This document shows, one piece after another, positions 46,977 to 58,105 of a stretch of DNA of 64,000 nt. Under the pieces are notes generated by a model. It was not told where the DNA came from. It saw only the letters and a program-made list of their open reading frames with translations, and searched no databases. The stretch's first letter is position 1, and the number at the start of each line of letters is the position of its first letter. Origin of the DNA: an uncultured Actinomycetaceae bacterium (GTDB taxonomy: Bacteria; Actinomycetota; Actinomycetes; Actinomycetales; Actinomycetaceae). The stretch is from positions 2,060 through 66,059 of the forward strand of contig CBCPNB010000019.1 in assembly GCA_965120455.1 (NCBI GenBank), written 5' to 3'. Made by a program: the position numbers and the translations under genes.

Positions 46977-48071
46977 TTGATTGGATATTTGATGGAGTCA
47001 CCTACAATTGCTGCGATAGTGCCTTGCTACAACGAGGAAACAACAATTGCCACGGTGGTAGAGGAATTGCAGCAATACGTGCCTGAAATTACTGTCTACG
47101 TTTACGACAATAATTCTCAGGATCGCACAGCTGCCGTGGCGCGTGCCGCTGGTGCAATTGTGCGCCGCGAGGAGCGTCCCGGCAAAGGTAACGTGATGCG
47201 CCGTGCTTTTGCCGATATCGACGCCGACGTATACGTCATGGTCGACGGAGACGATACTTACGGAATTGCCGCATTGCCAGAAATGATTCATACCTTGCTT
47301 TCTGGTCCCTACGACCACGTATTGGGTTGTCGCCAAGATGATCCCCAAAATAGTGCTTACCGTCCCGGGCATGGCCTTGGAAATAGAGTGTTTGCTAGTT
47401 TAGTCAGCTCTTTATTTGGCACAGATGGAGTAACCGACTTATTTTCGGGATACCGAGTCATGTCCAAGCGTTTCGTCAAATCCTTTCCCTCGTTGTCGCG
47501 CGGATTTGAAATTGAAACCGAATTGACCGTGCACTGCTTGGAGGTGCGCACCCCTAATCGCGAGATTCCCTGTGGATTTAAAGATCGTCCAGCAGGCTCT
47601 GAATCAAAACTAAATACGATCAAAGATGGCGTGAAAATTTTGAGTTTCATTGGGCGCTTGTTTCACGCCCAACATCCAGCAATTTTCTACGGACTAATCT
47701 CTGGAATCACTCTGATTTTGGGGTTAATTCTGGGAATTCCAGTGGTATGGGAATTCGCGCAAACCGGTTATGTACCGCGTTTACCGACAGCAGTTTTAGC
47801 TTCCTCTTTGGTGATTATCGCAGTTTTAGCAGCAATGTTGGGAATCATCTTATCTGGTATTTTGCGCGCCAGATTGGAGACCATTCGGTTGAACTATTTG
47901 CAGCATAGTTCTTTGTATTTACCTAACTATGATCCACAAACAGGTGGTGCAGGCGAGACGAAGAGCACGAAGAGGACAAAGAGCGCAGAGGAGCAAAAGG
48001 GAATGAAGAACACGGAGAATCGGAAGAATACTACGAAGGGGACGAAGGGTACTGATAGTGAATCCCAATGA
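46977..48071 (+). CDS. GT2-family polyprenyl-phosphate glycosyltransferase (GtrB/DPM1-like) with two C-terminal TM helices
   Basis: IVPCYNEETTI and the DxD motif VMVDGDDTYG are present. The C-terminal hydrophobic helices are IFYGLISGITLILGLILGIPVV and AVLASSLVIIAVLAAMLGIIL. The tail is Lys/Thr-rich. The start is either 46977 or ATG 46992. Confidence 0.85.
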   Translation: MIGYLMESPTIAAIVPCYNEETTIATVVEELQQYVPEITVYVYDNNSQDRTAAVARAAGAIVRREERPGKGNVMRRAFADIDADVYVMVDGDDTYGIAALPEMIHTLLSGPYDHVLGCRQDDPQNSAYRPGHGLGNRVFASLVSSLFGTDGVTDLFSGYRVMSKRFVKSFPSLSRGFEIETELTVHCLEVRTPNREIPCGFKDRPAGSESKLNTIKDGVKILSFIGRLFHAQHPAIFYGLISGITLILGLILGIPVVWEFAQTGYVPRLPTAVLASSLVIIAVLAAMLGIILSGILRARLETIRLNYLQHSSLYLPNYDPQTGGAGETKSTKRTKSAEEQKGMKNTENRKNTTKGTKGTDSESQ

Positions 48072-48154
48072 ATACGGATGGTAGGTTCGAGTGTATGTGA
48101 AGAGTGACTCCAAATAAATACAGACGGTGATTCCAAAATAGAAAATAAATAAAA

Positions 48155-48595
48155 GTGGGCAAAATGGGTGAACTGATTGCAAAATATCGAATTTTTCGCT
48201 ACTTAGTCACTGACGTGTTTACTTCATCGCTAGATTTGGTGCTCTTTTCAGTGTTTTCTGTGGTGGTACGCATTCCCGAAGTGCTCTCCAACGTGTTATC
48301 GACGCTGATCACCGTGTGCATCAGTTACCTACTCAATCGGGCCTTTGTTTTCCAGGCTGACAAATTTTCTTGGCACACGTTTTTCTCCTTTGCTGGCCTC
48401 ACTCTGGTTACTGGGATGGTATTGCAATCTGCTGCGGTTGCAGCACTGAGTGCCCTGGCCAGGATCGTTTGGCCAGAAGTATCCAGCGCGATTGTGTTGC
48501 CCGGAATCAAAGTGGTTGCCATGTTGCTGGGAGCAATCTGCAATTATTTGGGATATCGCTTTATTTTTATTCACTCAAACCGGTCAGTAACGTAA
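48155..48595 (+). CDS. GtrA-family small membrane protein (putative lipid-linked sugar flippase)
   Basis: It is 146 aa with four hydrophobic helices, and FRYLVT.. plus LNRAFVF are typical of GtrA-like proteins. It sits directly after the GT2 gene. Confidence 0.78.
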   Translation: MGKMGELIAKYRIFRYLVTDVFTSSLDLVLFSVFSVVVRIPEVLSNVLSTLITVCISYLLNRAFVFQADKFSWHTFFSFAGLTLVTGMVLQSAAVAALSALARIVWPEVSSAIVLPGIKVVAMLLGAICNYLGYRFIFIHSNRSVT

Positions 48596-48682
48596 ATTGG
48601 CAAATAATGTAGATTGAATTCTTTGCCGACAGTGGCTATAGGTGGCTAAAAGTGACTGACAAAATATCCGCACTAGGCAGTA

Positions 48683-50416
48683 TTGAAAGAGATGAAGAGC
48701 TTTATCCGGGCGCTAGCTAGGTCTAGTCGCCGTAAAATTGGATTTACCGTCAGTTTTGTACTGGTTTTTGTGTTATCAGACATCTTGGCGCAATTGGTTA
48801 GCAGCGTTCCCGTTAGCTGGGGCAATGTACAGGTCTGGCGAATTGTGCTAGCACTTAGTGGTGCATTGTTATTCATTTGGTTAATCTTGTCAGTACAAGA
48901 TTGGCAAGATGATAGACGAAAACAGTCAAATGACAGTGTTTGTATTGATACTTCTTCTGTCAAAGCTACTCCATCCCTAGTTGTCAAAGCTGGCACGTGG
49001 ATTTTGCTGCTCGCTTGGCTGCTCATGTATGCGCATTACTGGCCGTTAGCATCGATGAGCGATATTCCCAGTGAAATCATTTCCCCGCTATTGCTTTCTG
49101 GACAGCATCCACTGATCTACAGCTGGATCGTTTCCGGTTTTGCCACCGGCTCCCAAGCTTGGTTTGGCACGATGCTGCCGGGAATAGTTTTGCTTAGCCT
49201 CCTGCAAATAATTGCCTGGGTAGCGGCGTGCCGCTATCTGCTGGGAACTTTGCAAAAACTTGGTGTCCATCAGCTGGCATTGTGGCTTCTGGTGGCCTAT
49301 TTGGCGATTTTCCCACTGGTGGGAAATTATTCGTTTGCCATTGTCAAAGACGGCCTTTTTGGAATTTTTGTCATCCTCCTAGTACCACTGTTACTGCGCC
49401 TCTGGCAAACTCGGGGAGCAATCCTTCACCAAACGGGGTTTTTGGCCGCCTTGGCCGGTACGTGCATCGGGTTTTCAGTTACTCGCAATAACGGTCTAGT
49501 GGTGGCGTTAGTGATCCTGGTGCTAGTGGCAATAATTTACCGGCGTTACTGGCAGATAATTCTTCCCCTCACCGCCGTGATCATGACCATTAGTTTAATT
49601 CCCAGCGCAATTTCCGCCCACTTTGTGGGAGGACAAAAATTTGTCGAAACAGTGGGGGTACCCCTGCAAATGGTGGGATATACCGTTACCTATAACTCCA
49701 CTTGTTTGAGTGAGGACGCCCTAAAATACTTTGGCACTCTAATCGATTTGGACGAGTGGGCAAAAATTTACGACCCGGAAACGGTAGATACCCTCAAGGA
49801 TTCCAGTGCTTTTGATGCTGGGAAACTCCAAGAGACTCGCCTGGAATTCTTGGGATACTTCGTGAGTGCTTTGACCACTTGCCCAAGTGAAATGCTATCG
49901 GGATTTTTAGCTCACACTGACCACTTGTGGCGCATCGATTCAGCAGTTTCAGGCACGCATGCGCAAAGCTATTTCGCTGAAGCTGTCACCAATTATCCAG
50001 CTAATCGACAAATGTGGATCGATTGGTGGGCAGAACACGGGATTTCCAACCAGTCTCTGTTGCCAGATTTTCTGCAAAATACGCTGGGAAAATGGTACGA
50101 CTGGGGTGTTCGCAACACGCCCGGACCTGGCACCTGGTTTTGGCTTGGAGCTCTACTAGCATGCGGGTTTATCTACCGCAAACGCAGCGAGTACTTACCG
50201 ATAGTTATACCCATTCTCCTGTTGTGGCTCACCTTAATAGTTGCTGCACCGACTACACACCCGTTCCGCTACATTGAGCCAATTATCATCATCATTCCTG
50301 TGTTGGCTGCCACTTTATTTGGTGGAAGTGTAACTAGGGATAAACCTAATAAACCTAGATATTCCCGGATAAGTGAGGTAACTGGGGAAAACCAGTGGAA
50401 TCGCCGGGGAAAATGA
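48683..50416 (+). CDS. Polytopic membrane protein (577 aa), putative GT-C-type glycosyltransferase
   Basis: It has at least 10 hydrophobic helices and an extracytoplasmic loop near aa 330-470. It is the third gene after the GtrB-like and GtrA-like genes. The function is inferred from context only. Confidence 0.6.
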   Translation: MKEMKSFIRALARSSRRKIGFTVSFVLVFVLSDILAQLVSSVPVSWGNVQVWRIVLALSGALLFIWLILSVQDWQDDRRKQSNDSVCIDTSSVKATPSLVVKAGTWILLLAWLLMYAHYWPLASMSDIPSEIISPLLLSGQHPLIYSWIVSGFATGSQAWFGTMLPGIVLLSLLQIIAWVAACRYLLGTLQKLGVHQLALWLLVAYLAIFPLVGNYSFAIVKDGLFGIFVILLVPLLLRLWQTRGAILHQTGFLAALAGTCIGFSVTRNNGLVVALVILVLVAIIYRRYWQIILPLTAVIMTISLIPSAISAHFVGGQKFVETVGVPLQMVGYTVTYNSTCLSEDALKYFGTLIDLDEWAKIYDPETVDTLKDSSAFDAGKLQETRLEFLGYFVSALTTCPSEMLSGFLAHTDHLWRIDSAVSGTHAQSYFAEAVTNYPANRQMWIDWWAEHGISNQSLLPDFLQNTLGKWYDWGVRNTPGPGTWFWLGALLACGFIYRKRSEYLPIVIPILLLWLTLIVAAPTTHPFRYIEPIIIIIPVLAATLFGGSVTRDKPNKPRYSRISEVTGENQWNRRGK

Positions 50417-50710
50417 ATAATATTGGTGAAGCAGAATAGCAATTGCCAGACTCTTCATGGTGCCCAGATTCACACCTAAATTGGCAGCAAAAAGTTGGCA
50501 TCCTCCAGACATTTCTGGGAGACTATCCGAGTTGCCCCGCATCAGCGGGACTGCGGGTAGTTCGAAAGGTTCGAGCGTTACCCTTGTTCTTTTGACAAGC
50601 TGGCAGCACTGTGTCTTCGGCAAAGTGAGTAATTCTGGGTAAGTCTGCTTAGGGACACGCCCGAGCGCGGGGTCGCCAGCGAATCTGGTACGAGAAGAGG
50701 TTTTGACGGC

Positions 50711-51019
50711 ATGGCGGGACAGAAAATCCGCATCCGGCTCAAGTCGTATGACCACCAAGTCATCGACAGCTCTGCGCGCAAGATTGTAGAGACGGTGCAG
50801 CGCGCTGGCGCCACCGTGGTGGGCCCGGTGCCGCTTCCGACCGAGAAAAATGTGTTTGTCGTAATTCGGTCGCCCCATAAGTACAAGGACAGTCGCGAGC
50901 AATTTGAGATGCGTACACACAAGCGACTGATCGACATTATTGATCCCACGCCTAAGGCGGTTGATTCGCTCATGCGTCTCGACTTGCCAGCCGACGTGAA
51001 CATCGAAATCAAGCTCTGA
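50711..51019 (+). CDS. rpsJ: 30S ribosomal protein S10
   Basis: [29 protein letters not shown]. This is the first gene of the S10 operon. Confidence 0.98.
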   Translation: MAGQKIRIRLKSYDHQVIDSSARKIVETVQRAGATVVGPVPLPTEKNVFVVIRSPHKYKDSREQFEMRTHKRLIDIIDPTPKAVDSLMRLDLPADVNIEIKL

Positions 51020-51030
51020 GGACATCTGCA

Positions 51031-51696
51031 ATGACTACTGATTCCAAGCAGGCGGCTGCGCCCGTGAAGGCGCTGCTTGGCCGCAAGCTCGGCATGACTC
51101 AAGTCTGGGACGAAAACGGGCGGGTCGTGCCATTGACCGTCGTGCAGGTCGGCACCAATGTTGTAACTCAGGTGCGTACTGCAGAGCGCGATGGTTATAG
51201 TGCCGTACAGGTCGGCTTTGAAGACATTGACCCGCGTCGAGTGACCAAGCCGCTGCTCGGTCATTTTGAAAAGGCGGGAGTTTCCCCCAAACGTCACGTC
51301 GCCGAGTTTCGCACCGTGGATGCGAGCGAGTATGCTCTGGGCCAGGAGTTGGATGCCACCGTGTTTGCAGTTGGCTCCAAGGTGGACGTTTCTGGAAACA
51401 CTAAGGGTAAGGGTTTTGCCGGTGTGATGAAGCGACACGGTTTTGCTGGAGCTCCGGCAGCTCACGGTGCTCACAAAATTCACCGCAAGCCAGGTTCGAT
51501 TGGGGCTTGTGCTACTCCGGGTCGCATTTTTAAGGGTCAGCGCATGGCGGGTCGCATGGGTAATGTGCGTCGCACTATCCAGAACCTAACGGTGCAGGGG
51601 GTTGACGCTGAAAAAGGCTTGTTGTTGATCAAAGGTGCGGTGCCTGGCCCCAAGAACGCGGTCGTGATGATTCGTACCGCTGTGAAGGGAGCATGA
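51031..51696 (+). CDS. rplC: 50S ribosomal protein L3
   Basis: [25 protein letters not shown]. The operon order is consistent. Confidence 0.98.
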   Translation: MTTDSKQAAAPVKALLGRKLGMTQVWDENGRVVPLTVVQVGTNVVTQVRTAERDGYSAVQVGFEDIDPRRVTKPLLGHFEKAGVSPKRHVAEFRTVDASEYALGQELDATVFAVGSKVDVSGNTKGKGFAGVMKRHGFAGAPAAHGAHKIHRKPGSIGACATPGRIFKGQRMAGRMGNVRRTIQNLTVQGVDAEKGLLLIKGAVPGPKNAVVMIRTAVKGA

Positions 51697-51697
51697 T

Positions 51698-52351
51698 ATG
51701 GCAGCCCTATCTGTTGACATTTTGGACAATACCGGCAAGAAAACCGGTAAAAAGGCCGAGCTACCCGAAAACCTATTCGACGTTCCGCTAAATGTTCCCC
51801 TGATTCACCAAGTGGTGGTTGCCCAGCAGGCTGCTGCCCGTCAGGGGACACACGCCACGAAGACGCGGGGCATGGTCTCTGGTGGTGGTCGCAAACCCTA
51901 TCGCCAAAAAGGAACAGGCAATGCACGCCAGGGGTCAATTCGTGCTCCTCAGTTTCGGGGCGGGGGAATTGTGCACGGCCCACAGCCGCGCGACTACTCG
52001 CAGCGCACTCCGAAAAAAATGAAGACTGGAGCTTTGCGTTCTGCCCTGTCTGACCGGGTTCGCAATCACCACTTACATGTCGTTGACCAGTTCTTTGCTG
52101 GTGAGACTCCTTCTACGAAGGTGGCTAGCCAGACTCTGGAAGCTGTAGCGCAAGGCCGCAGCACGCTAGTGGTGTTTGCTCGGGAAGAGGCAAATGTAGT
52201 CAACGCGGTATTGTCTTTGAATAACTTGCCTGCCGCCCACGTGCTCTGGGTTGACCAGTTGAACACTTACGATGTGGTCAACAATGAGGACGTCATTTTT
52301 ACTGTGGATTCTCTGGCCGCTTTTGTGGGAGCCAAGGAGGACGTCAAGTGA
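51698..52351 (+). CDS. rplD: 50S ribosomal protein L4
   Basis: [29 protein letters not shown]. Confidence 0.98.
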   Translation: MAALSVDILDNTGKKTGKKAELPENLFDVPLNVPLIHQVVVAQQAAARQGTHATKTRGMVSGGGRKPYRQKGTGNARQGSIRAPQFRGGGIVHGPQPRDYSQRTPKKMKTGALRSALSDRVRNHHLHVVDQFFAGETPSTKVASQTLEAVAQGRSTLVVFAREEANVVNAVLSLNNLPAAHVLWVDQLNTYDVVNNEDVIFTVDSLAAFVGAKEDVK

Positions 52352-52647
52352 GTATCGAAACTGCTAAAAATCCACGCGACGTCATTTTGCGTCCAGTGGT
52401 GACTGAAAAGTCTGCTGGTCAAATGGATTTGGGCAAATACACGTTTGAGGTGGATCCTCGAGCCAATAAAACCGAAATCAAAATCGCGATTGAAGAGATT
52501 TTCGGGGTGAAGGTTGTCAAGGTGGCTACCCAAAACCGTAAAGGCAAAGTGTATCGCCGCCGCGATGGCATTGGTAAACGTCGTGACGTCAAAAAGGCGA
52601 TTGTCACCGTGGCTGAGGGCACGATCGACGTGTTCGGCGAGGTGTAA
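52348..52647 (+). CDS. rplW: 50S ribosomal protein L23
   Basis: [12 protein letters not shown]...[26 protein letters not shown]. The start is GTG. Confidence 0.97.
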   Translation: MSIETAKNPRDVILRPVVTEKSAGQMDLGKYTFEVDPRANKTEIKIAIEEIFGVKVVKVATQNRKGKVYRRRDGIGKRRDVKKAIVTVAEGTIDVFGEV

Positions 52648-52668
52648 GGGTCGGAAGGTAAGGAAAAT

Positions 52669-53505
52669 ATGGCAATCCGTAAATATAAGCCGACCACTCC
52701 TGGACGCCGTCATGCTAGTGTGTCGGATTTTGCGGAGTTGACGCGCTCAGCTCCAGAAAAGTCACTGGTGCGTCCCCTTAGTAAAACTGGCGGACGCAAC
52801 TCCTATGGTCGAATCACCTCTCGTCGTCGCGGTGGCGGCCACAAGCGTGCCTATCGCTTGATCGATTTCAAGCGGGCGGACAAAGATGGCGTACCCGCTA
52901 AAGTGGCGCACATCGAATACGACCCGAATCGAACGGCTAACATTGCTTTGCTGCACTACGCAGATGGCGAAAAGCGCTACATCATTGCGCCAAACCGTTT
53001 GAAGCAAGGAGATCGCGTCGAATCAGGTGCTCGCGCTGACATCAAGCCCGGCAACAATCTGCCGTTGCGTAATATTCCTTTGGGTACCGTGATTCACGCC
53101 GTGGAATTAAACCCAGGTCAGGGAGCCAAGCTAGCTCGCTCAGCTGGTGCTTCCATCCAACTAGTGGCTAAAGAAGGGCGTTTTGCTCAGCTGCGTTTGC
53201 CCTCTGGAGAAATTCGCAACGTTGACGCCAAATGTCGCGCCACTATCGGTGAAGTTGGCAATGCTGAACAGGGAAATATTTCTCTGGGTAAAGCTGGTCG
53301 AGCTCGTTGGCTGGGTCGTCGCCCCAAGGTTCGTGGTGTTGCAATGAACCCGGTGGATCACCCGCTTGGTGGTGGTGAAGGTCGCACCTCCGGTGGTCGC
53401 CATCCGGTGAGCCCCTGGGGTAAGCCCGAAGGCCGTACTCGTCGTCCAAACAAGCCCAGCGACAAGCTCATCGTGCGTCGTCGCCGGACCGGCAAGAAGC
53501 GCTAA
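52669..53505 (+). CDS. rplB: 50S ribosomal protein L2
   Basis: [14 protein letters not shown]...[16 protein letters not shown]. Confidence 0.98.
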   Translation: MAIRKYKPTTPGRRHASVSDFAELTRSAPEKSLVRPLSKTGGRNSYGRITSRRRGGGHKRAYRLIDFKRADKDGVPAKVAHIEYDPNRTANIALLHYADGEKRYIIAPNRLKQGDRVESGARADIKPGNNLPLRNIPLGTVIHAVELNPGQGAKLARSAGASIQLVAKEGRFAQLRLPSGEIRNVDAKCRATIGEVGNAEQGNISLGKAGRARWLGRRPKVRGVAMNPVDHPLGGGEGRTSGGRHPVSPWGKPEGRTRRPNKPSDKLIVRRRRTGKKR

Positions 53506-53520
53506 GAGGGAGCTGGAGTT

Positions 53521-53802
53521 ATGCCACGTAGTTTGAAGAAAGGCCCATTCGTCGACGCTCACCTGCAAAAGAAGGTGGATGAACAAAACGAAAAGGGTAC
53601 CAAGAACGTTATTAAGACCTGGTCGCGCCGCTCAATGATCACACCGGACTTCTTAGGTCACACGTTCGCTGTTCACGACGGTCGCCGTCACGTACCGGTA
53701 TTCGTTACTGAATCGATGGTTGGCCACAAGCTGGGAGAGTTCGCTCCAACTCGAACTTTCCGCAGCCATGATAAGGAAGATCGCAAGGGTCGCCGCCGTT
53801 AG
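53521..53802 (+). CDS. rpsS: 30S ribosomal protein S19
   Basis: [12 protein letters not shown]...[15 protein letters not shown]. Confidence 0.98.
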   Translation: MPRSLKKGPFVDAHLQKKVDEQNEKGTKNVIKTWSRRSMITPDFLGHTFAVHDGRRHVPVFVTESMVGHKLGEFAPTRTFRSHDKEDRKGRRR

Positions 53803-53826
53803 GCCGTCCCGCAGAAACGAGGAGAA

Positions 53827-54195
53827 ATGATGGAAGCCAAGGCGAAGGCGCGCTATATTCGCGTCACGCCTCAGAAGGCTCGCCGAGTCGTGAATGCGGT
53901 CCGCGGCAAGTCTGTGCTGGAGGCAGCTGACATTTTGCAATTCGCGCCACAGGCGGCCGCCACCGACGTTCGCAAAGTATTGATGAGTGCGGTGGCTAAC
54001 GCTCGTCAACAGGCTGAGCTAGTTGGTGGGCCGTTCGACGAAGGCGATTTGTGGATCCTGGAGACCTACGTCGATGAAGGTCCAACGATGAAGCGTTTTC
54101 GTCCGCGCGCCCAGGGACGAGCAGGGAGAATTTTGAAGCGTACCAGCCACATTACCGTGGTGGTGGGAACGAAAGATAAGGAAGGTGAACGCTGA
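53827..54195 (+). CDS. rplV: 50S ribosomal protein L22
   Basis: [28 protein letters not shown]. Confidence 0.97.
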   Translation: MMEAKAKARYIRVTPQKARRVVNAVRGKSVLEAADILQFAPQAAATDVRKVLMSAVANARQQAELVGGPFDEGDLWILETYVDEGPTMKRFRPRAQGRAGRILKRTSHITVVVGTKDKEGER

Positions 54196-55037
54196 TGGGC
54201 CAGAAGGTAAATCCTCACGGTTTCCGGCTGGGTATCACCACCGAACACCGTTCTCGTTGGTTCGCTGATTCAACCACGAAGGGCCAGCGCTACCGCGATT
54301 ACGTGGCCGAGGATGTGGCGATCCGAAAAATACTTTCGGAAGGTTTAGAGCGAGCGGGAATTTCCAAAGTGCAAATTGAGCGCACCCGCGACCGAGTACG
54401 CGTGGATCTGCACACGGCTCGTCCCGGGATTGTGATTGGCCGTCGCGGAGCTGAAGCCGATCGTTTGCGCCAAGACTTGGAAAAGCTAACTGGCAAGCAG
54501 GTACAGCTCAACATTTTGGAAGTCAAGAACGCTGACATCGATGCACAACTGGTAGCCCAGGGCGTGGCCGAGCAGTTGACCGCCCGCGTGTCGTTCCGCC
54601 GGGCTATGCGCAAAGCCATGCAGTCGGCTCAGCGCGCAGGCGCGAAAGGAATGCGCGTGCAATGCTCTGGTCGTCTCGGTGGCGCGGAAATGAGCCGCTC
54701 GGAATTCTACCGCGAGGGAAGAGTACCGTTGCAGACTCTGCGGGCGAACATCGATTATGGGTTCTTTGAAGCTCGGACCACTTTCGGCCGGATTGGCGTA
54801 AAAGTGTGGATCTACAAGGGCGACATGACTGAGCGCGAGTTTGCCCGCCAGCAGGCTGAGCAGCAAAATCGAGGTAATCGCCGGGAACGTCGCGGCCAAG
54901 GCCGTCGCAGTAACCGTGGCGGTGAAGCTCGCAACAATCAGGCTAAGCAAGAGGCAGCTGCTTCTGTGAGTGCCGAAAAGACTACTTCCACTGGCCAGGG
55001 CGAAGCTCCGGCCCAAACGACCGAAACGGAGGCCTGA
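54195..55037 (+). CDS. rpsC: 30S ribosomal protein S3
   Basis: [15 protein letters not shown]... and a KH domain are present. The C-terminal tail is basic and low-complexity. Confidence 0.98.
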   Translation: MGQKVNPHGFRLGITTEHRSRWFADSTTKGQRYRDYVAEDVAIRKILSEGLERAGISKVQIERTRDRVRVDLHTARPGIVIGRRGAEADRLRQDLEKLTGKQVQLNILEVKNADIDAQLVAQGVAEQLTARVSFRRAMRKAMQSAQRAGAKGMRVQCSGRLGGAEMSRSEFYREGRVPLQTLRANIDYGFFEARTTFGRIGVKVWIYKGDMTEREFARQQAEQQNRGNRRERRGQGRRSNRGGEARNNQAKQEAAASVSAEKTTSTGQGEAPAQTTETEA

Positions 55038-55041
55038 GCCA

Positions 55042-55461
55042 ATGCTCATTCCTCGTCGAGTAAAGTTTCGCAAGCAGCACCGTCCCGGTAGAAGGGGCAT
55101 ATCCAAGGGTGGCACCGAGTTGGCTTTCGGTGACTACGGAATCCAGGCTTTAGAGCCGGCGTATTTAACTAACCGCCAGATTGAGGCTGCTCGTATTGCG
55201 ATGACCCGTCACATCAAGCGTGGTGGAAAGGTGTGGATCACGGTTTTCCCAGATCGCCCATTGACTAAGAAACCCGCTGAAACCCGGATGGGTTCGGGTA
55301 AGGGCGCTCCCGAATGGTGGGTAGCTCCAGTAAAACCAGGTCGCATTGTGTTTGAGCTCGGTGGCGTTCCTGAGCCTCTGGCTCGGGAAGCTATGCGGCG
55401 TGCTCGCCACAAGTTGCCCATGAAGACTCGCTTTGTTGTGCGTGAGGGCGGTGAGAAGTGA
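55042..55461 (+). CDS. rplP: 50S ribosomal protein L16
   Basis: [22 protein letters not shown] 55042 is preferred over the longer track ORF from 54970. Confidence 0.97.
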   Translation: MLIPRRVKFRKQHRPGRRGISKGGTELAFGDYGIQALEPAYLTNRQIEAARIAMTRHIKRGGKVWITVFPDRPLTKKPAETRMGSGKGAPEWWVAPVKPGRIVFELGGVPEPLAREAMRRARHKLPMKTRFVVREGGEK

Positions 55462-55694
55462 TGGCAGACAAGGGTTTGACGACAGCTGACCTGGATGCTT
55501 TGGATGATGTGCAATTGGCAAATGAATTGCAAAAAGCCAAAGAGGAATTGTTCAACTTGCGTTTTTCACAGGCTGTTGGCACTTTGGAAGACAATGGCCG
55601 TATGAAGATTGTGCGTCGCACTATTGCCCGCATCTACACGGTTGCGCGTGAGCGTGAACTTGGTTTTCGCACTGCGCCCACGACAGAGGAGTAA
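55458..55694 (+). CDS. rpmC: 50S ribosomal protein L29
   Basis: [28 protein letters not shown]. It has an ATGA overlap with rplP. Confidence 0.96.
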   Translation: MMADKGLTTADLDALDDVQLANELQKAKEELFNLRFSQAVGTLEDNGRMKIVRRTIARIYTVARERELGFRTAPTTEE

Positions 55695-55697
55695 GCA

Positions 55698-55964
55698 ATG
55701 GCAGAATCTACCCACAGGGGAGAGCGCAAAGTTCGCCGCGGCTACGTTACTTCCGACAAAATGGACAAAACGGTTGTGGTGACGCTCGAGGATCGTGCCA
55801 AGCATCCACTGTATGGCAAGGTCATGCGCAAATCGAAGAAGGTCAAGGTTCACGACGAAACTAATGAATGCCGTGTTGGTGACCTGGTCCGCATTATGGA
55901 GACTCGTCCGCTATCCGCCACCAAACGTTGGCGAGTGGTCGAGATCCTGGAGAAGGCGAAGTAA
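55698..55964 (+). CDS. rpsQ: 30S ribosomal protein S17
   Basis: [33 protein letters not shown]. Confidence 0.97.
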   Translation: MAESTHRGERKVRRGYVTSDKMDKTVVVTLEDRAKHPLYGKVMRKSKKVKVHDETNECRVGDLVRIMETRPLSATKRWRVVEILEKAK

Positions 55965-56082
55965 ACCTGGTTCACTAGGTTAGAGCGTTCGATTATTTGT
56001 TCGGCTAGGCTCTGAGAGTATTTGGCTGTTTTTGGCGGCGGAATGACTTGGAGAACCGGCACGACGACAGGAGTCATAAGAC

Positions 56083-56451
56083 ATGATCCAGCAGGAGTCG
56101 CGGCTAAAAGTCGCTGACAACACGGGAGCGAAAGAAATCCTGTGCATTCGCGTACTTGGCGGTTCATCCCGTCGTTATGCGGGAATTGGTGACACGATTG
56201 TCGCTACTGTAAAAGACGCTATTCCTGGCGGCAACGTCAAGAAGGGTGAGGTTGTGAAGGCGGTTGTGGTGCGCGTTCGCAAGAACACTCGTCGTCCTGA
56301 CGGCTCGTACATCAAATTTGACGAGAATGCCGCAGTGATTTTGAAGAACGACGGGGAGCCTCGTGGTACCCGTATTTTTGGTCCGGTTGGTCGGGAGTTG
56401 CGTGAGAAAAGATTTATGCGCATCGTTTCACTTGCACCGGAGGTGATTTGA
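56083..56451 (+). CDS. rplN: 50S ribosomal protein L14
   Basis: [27 protein letters not shown]. Confidence 0.98.
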   Translation: MIQQESRLKVADNTGAKEILCIRVLGGSSRRYAGIGDTIVATVKDAIPGGNVKKGEVVKAVVVRVRKNTRRPDGSYIKFDENAAVILKNDGEPRGTRIFGPVGRELREKRFMRIVSLAPEVI

Positions 56452-56882
56452 TGTCGGCTAAAATTCGCAAGGGAGACGTAGTTGAGGTAATTCGCGGACG
56501 CACATCCGACGAATCCAAACTAGCGGAGCGCAATGCTCGCCGAGTGGAGGCAGGACTAGAACCTTTGGCTCCCGGCGACAAAGGCAAGCAGGGTCGTGTC
56601 ATCAAAGTGTTCCCTGCCCAGAACAAAGTGTTAGTGGAGGGCGTGAACTTAAAGACACGTCACGTGCGCCAAGATCAGCGGGGACAAGCTGGTGGCATTA
56701 TCACCGAGGAAGCCCCAATTTCGATCGCTAAAGTGGCGTTAGTAGATTCTGATTCGGGTCAGCCAGTGCGCGTTGGCTTCCGTGAGGACGTTGTCACTCG
56801 CGACGGCAAGGAGCGTCGGGTGCGCGTGCGCGTGGTGCGAGGCGGCTCGAAGCGTGGTGTTGAATCCGGGAAGGAACTGTGA
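56451..56882 (+). CDS. rplX: 50S ribosomal protein L24 with an internal ~25-aa insertion and a C-terminal extension
   Basis: [13 protein letters not shown]...[29 protein letters not shown] is present. ATG 56451 overlaps the rplN stop and GGAGGTG lies upstream. Confidence 0.95.
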   Translation: MSAKIRKGDVVEVIRGRTSDESKLAERNARRVEAGLEPLAPGDKGKQGRVIKVFPAQNKVLVEGVNLKTRHVRQDQRGQAGGIITEEAPISIAKVALVDSDSGQPVRVGFREDVVTRDGKERRVRVRVVRGGSKRGVESGKEL

Positions 56883-57430
56883 TGACAACTCCTAGGTTAA
56901 AGACCAAGTACCGGGAGGAAGTTCGTCCCGCGTTGCTCCAGGAATTCCAGCACGCTAACTCCATGGAAGTTGGCGCTCCCGTGAAAGTGGTCGTCAACAT
57001 GGGAGTGGGGGTTGCCGCCCACGATCGCAAAGCCCTAGAGGGAGCGATTCGCGATTTGACCGCAATCACTGGTCAAAAACCGCGTATCAACCGCGCCAAG
57101 AAGTCAATTGCACAATTCAAGTTGCGCGAAGGACAAGAAATCGGTGCTTCAGTGACTATGCGCGGGGATCGCATGTGGGAGTTCTTGGATCGCTTGCTGT
57201 CGACTGCTTTGCCGCGCATCCGCGATTTTCGTGGTCTGTCAGCCAAGCAATTCGATGGTCACGGCAACTACACGGTTGGTTTGACTGAGCAGTCCATGTT
57301 CCACGAAATTGACGTCGACTCAATTGATCGAGTTCGCGGCATGGACATTACTGTAGTAACTTCGGCTAAAACTGACGATGAGGGCCGTGAGCTGCTTCGT
57401 AAATTAGGCTTCCCATTCAAAGAGGACTGA
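56882..57430 (+). CDS. rplE: 50S ribosomal protein L5
   Basis: [20 protein letters not shown]...[21 protein letters not shown]. Confidence 0.97.
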   Translation: MTTPRLKTKYREEVRPALLQEFQHANSMEVGAPVKVVVNMGVGVAAHDRKALEGAIRDLTAITGQKPRINRAKKSIAQFKLREGQEIGASVTMRGDRMWEFLDRLLSTALPRIRDFRGLSAKQFDGHGNYTVGLTEQSMFHEIDVDSIDRVRGMDITVVTSAKTDDEGRELLRKLGFPFKED

Positions 57431-57434
57431 GAAA

Positions 57435-57620
57435 ATGGCAAAAACTTCTCTGAAGGTCAAGGCGAATCGCAAGCCGAAGTTCGCGGTTCGCGCTTACACC
57501 CGATGCACTCGTTGCGGTCGCCCTCACTCGGTGTATCGCAAATTCGGGTTGTGCCGGATTTGCTTGCGCGAGTTGGCTCACAAGGGTGACTTGCCGGGCG
57601 TTACAAAGAGCAGCTGGTAA
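57435..57620 (+). CDS. rpsN: 30S ribosomal protein S14, zinc-ribbon type Z (61 aa)
   Basis: [20 protein letters not shown] carries the CxxC...CxxC motif. Confidence 0.97.
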   Translation: MAKTSLKVKANRKPKFAVRAYTRCTRCGRPHSVYRKFGLCRICLRELAHKGDLPGVTKSSW

Positions 57621-57690
57621 TACTTACGACACAGGTCCTGGGGTGGCGATAGCTCTGGGAAACCACGTCGAGGAAGGGGCCAAACCCCAA

Positions 57691-58089
57691 ATGACAATGA
57701 CTGATCCGATTGCGGATATGTTGACGCGTTTGCGCAACGCAAACCGAGCGCATCACGAGTCGGTTTCGATGCCGTACTCAAAGCTGAAAAATGCGATCGC
57801 AGAGATCTTGTTGCGCGAAGGTTACATTGAGAAAATCACTGTTGAGGACGCCAGGGTAGGCAAGACGCTGATTTTGACCCTGAAGTACGGTGCTCGCCGC
57901 GAGCGCGCGATTGCGGGTTTGAAGCGTGTCTCTAAGCCTGGTTTGCGCGTGTATGCGAAGTCCACAGAGTTGCCGCAAGTGCGCGGTGGCCTGGGTGTCG
58001 CCATTCTTTCGACCAGCTCCGGCCTGTTGACTGACCGCCAGGCCGCCGACAAGGGTGTAGGTGGGGAAGTCCTCGCCTACGTCTGGTAG
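57691..58089 (+). CDS. rpsH: 30S ribosomal protein S8
   Basis: [23 protein letters not shown] 57691 follows GAGGAAGGGG. The track ORF from 57586 is too long. Confidence 0.97.
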   Translation: MTMTDPIADMLTRLRNANRAHHESVSMPYSKLKNAIAEILLREGYIEKITVEDARVGKTLILTLKYGARRERAIAGLKRVSKPGLRVYAKSTELPQVRGGLGVAILSTSSGLLTDRQAADKGVGGEVLAYVW

Positions 58090-58105
58090 AGGGGGCGCTC
58101 GAAAA

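Noticed and set aside
50540-50580. tRNA-like or SOS-like words GTTCGAAAGGTTCGAG in the S10 leader.
   Set aside because: They are direct, not inverted, half-sites, and no cloverleaf can be drawn. This is probably part of a leader or terminator hairpin (GGGTA...TACCC followed by a T-rich run).
50315-51483. Long minus-strand ORFs (50315-51031, 50578-51483) and other antisense ORFs across the ribosomal-protein operons (for example 54486-55115, 57778-58359, 59892-60302).
   Set aside because: They are antisense to unmistakable ribosomal protein genes. These are typical shadow ORFs.
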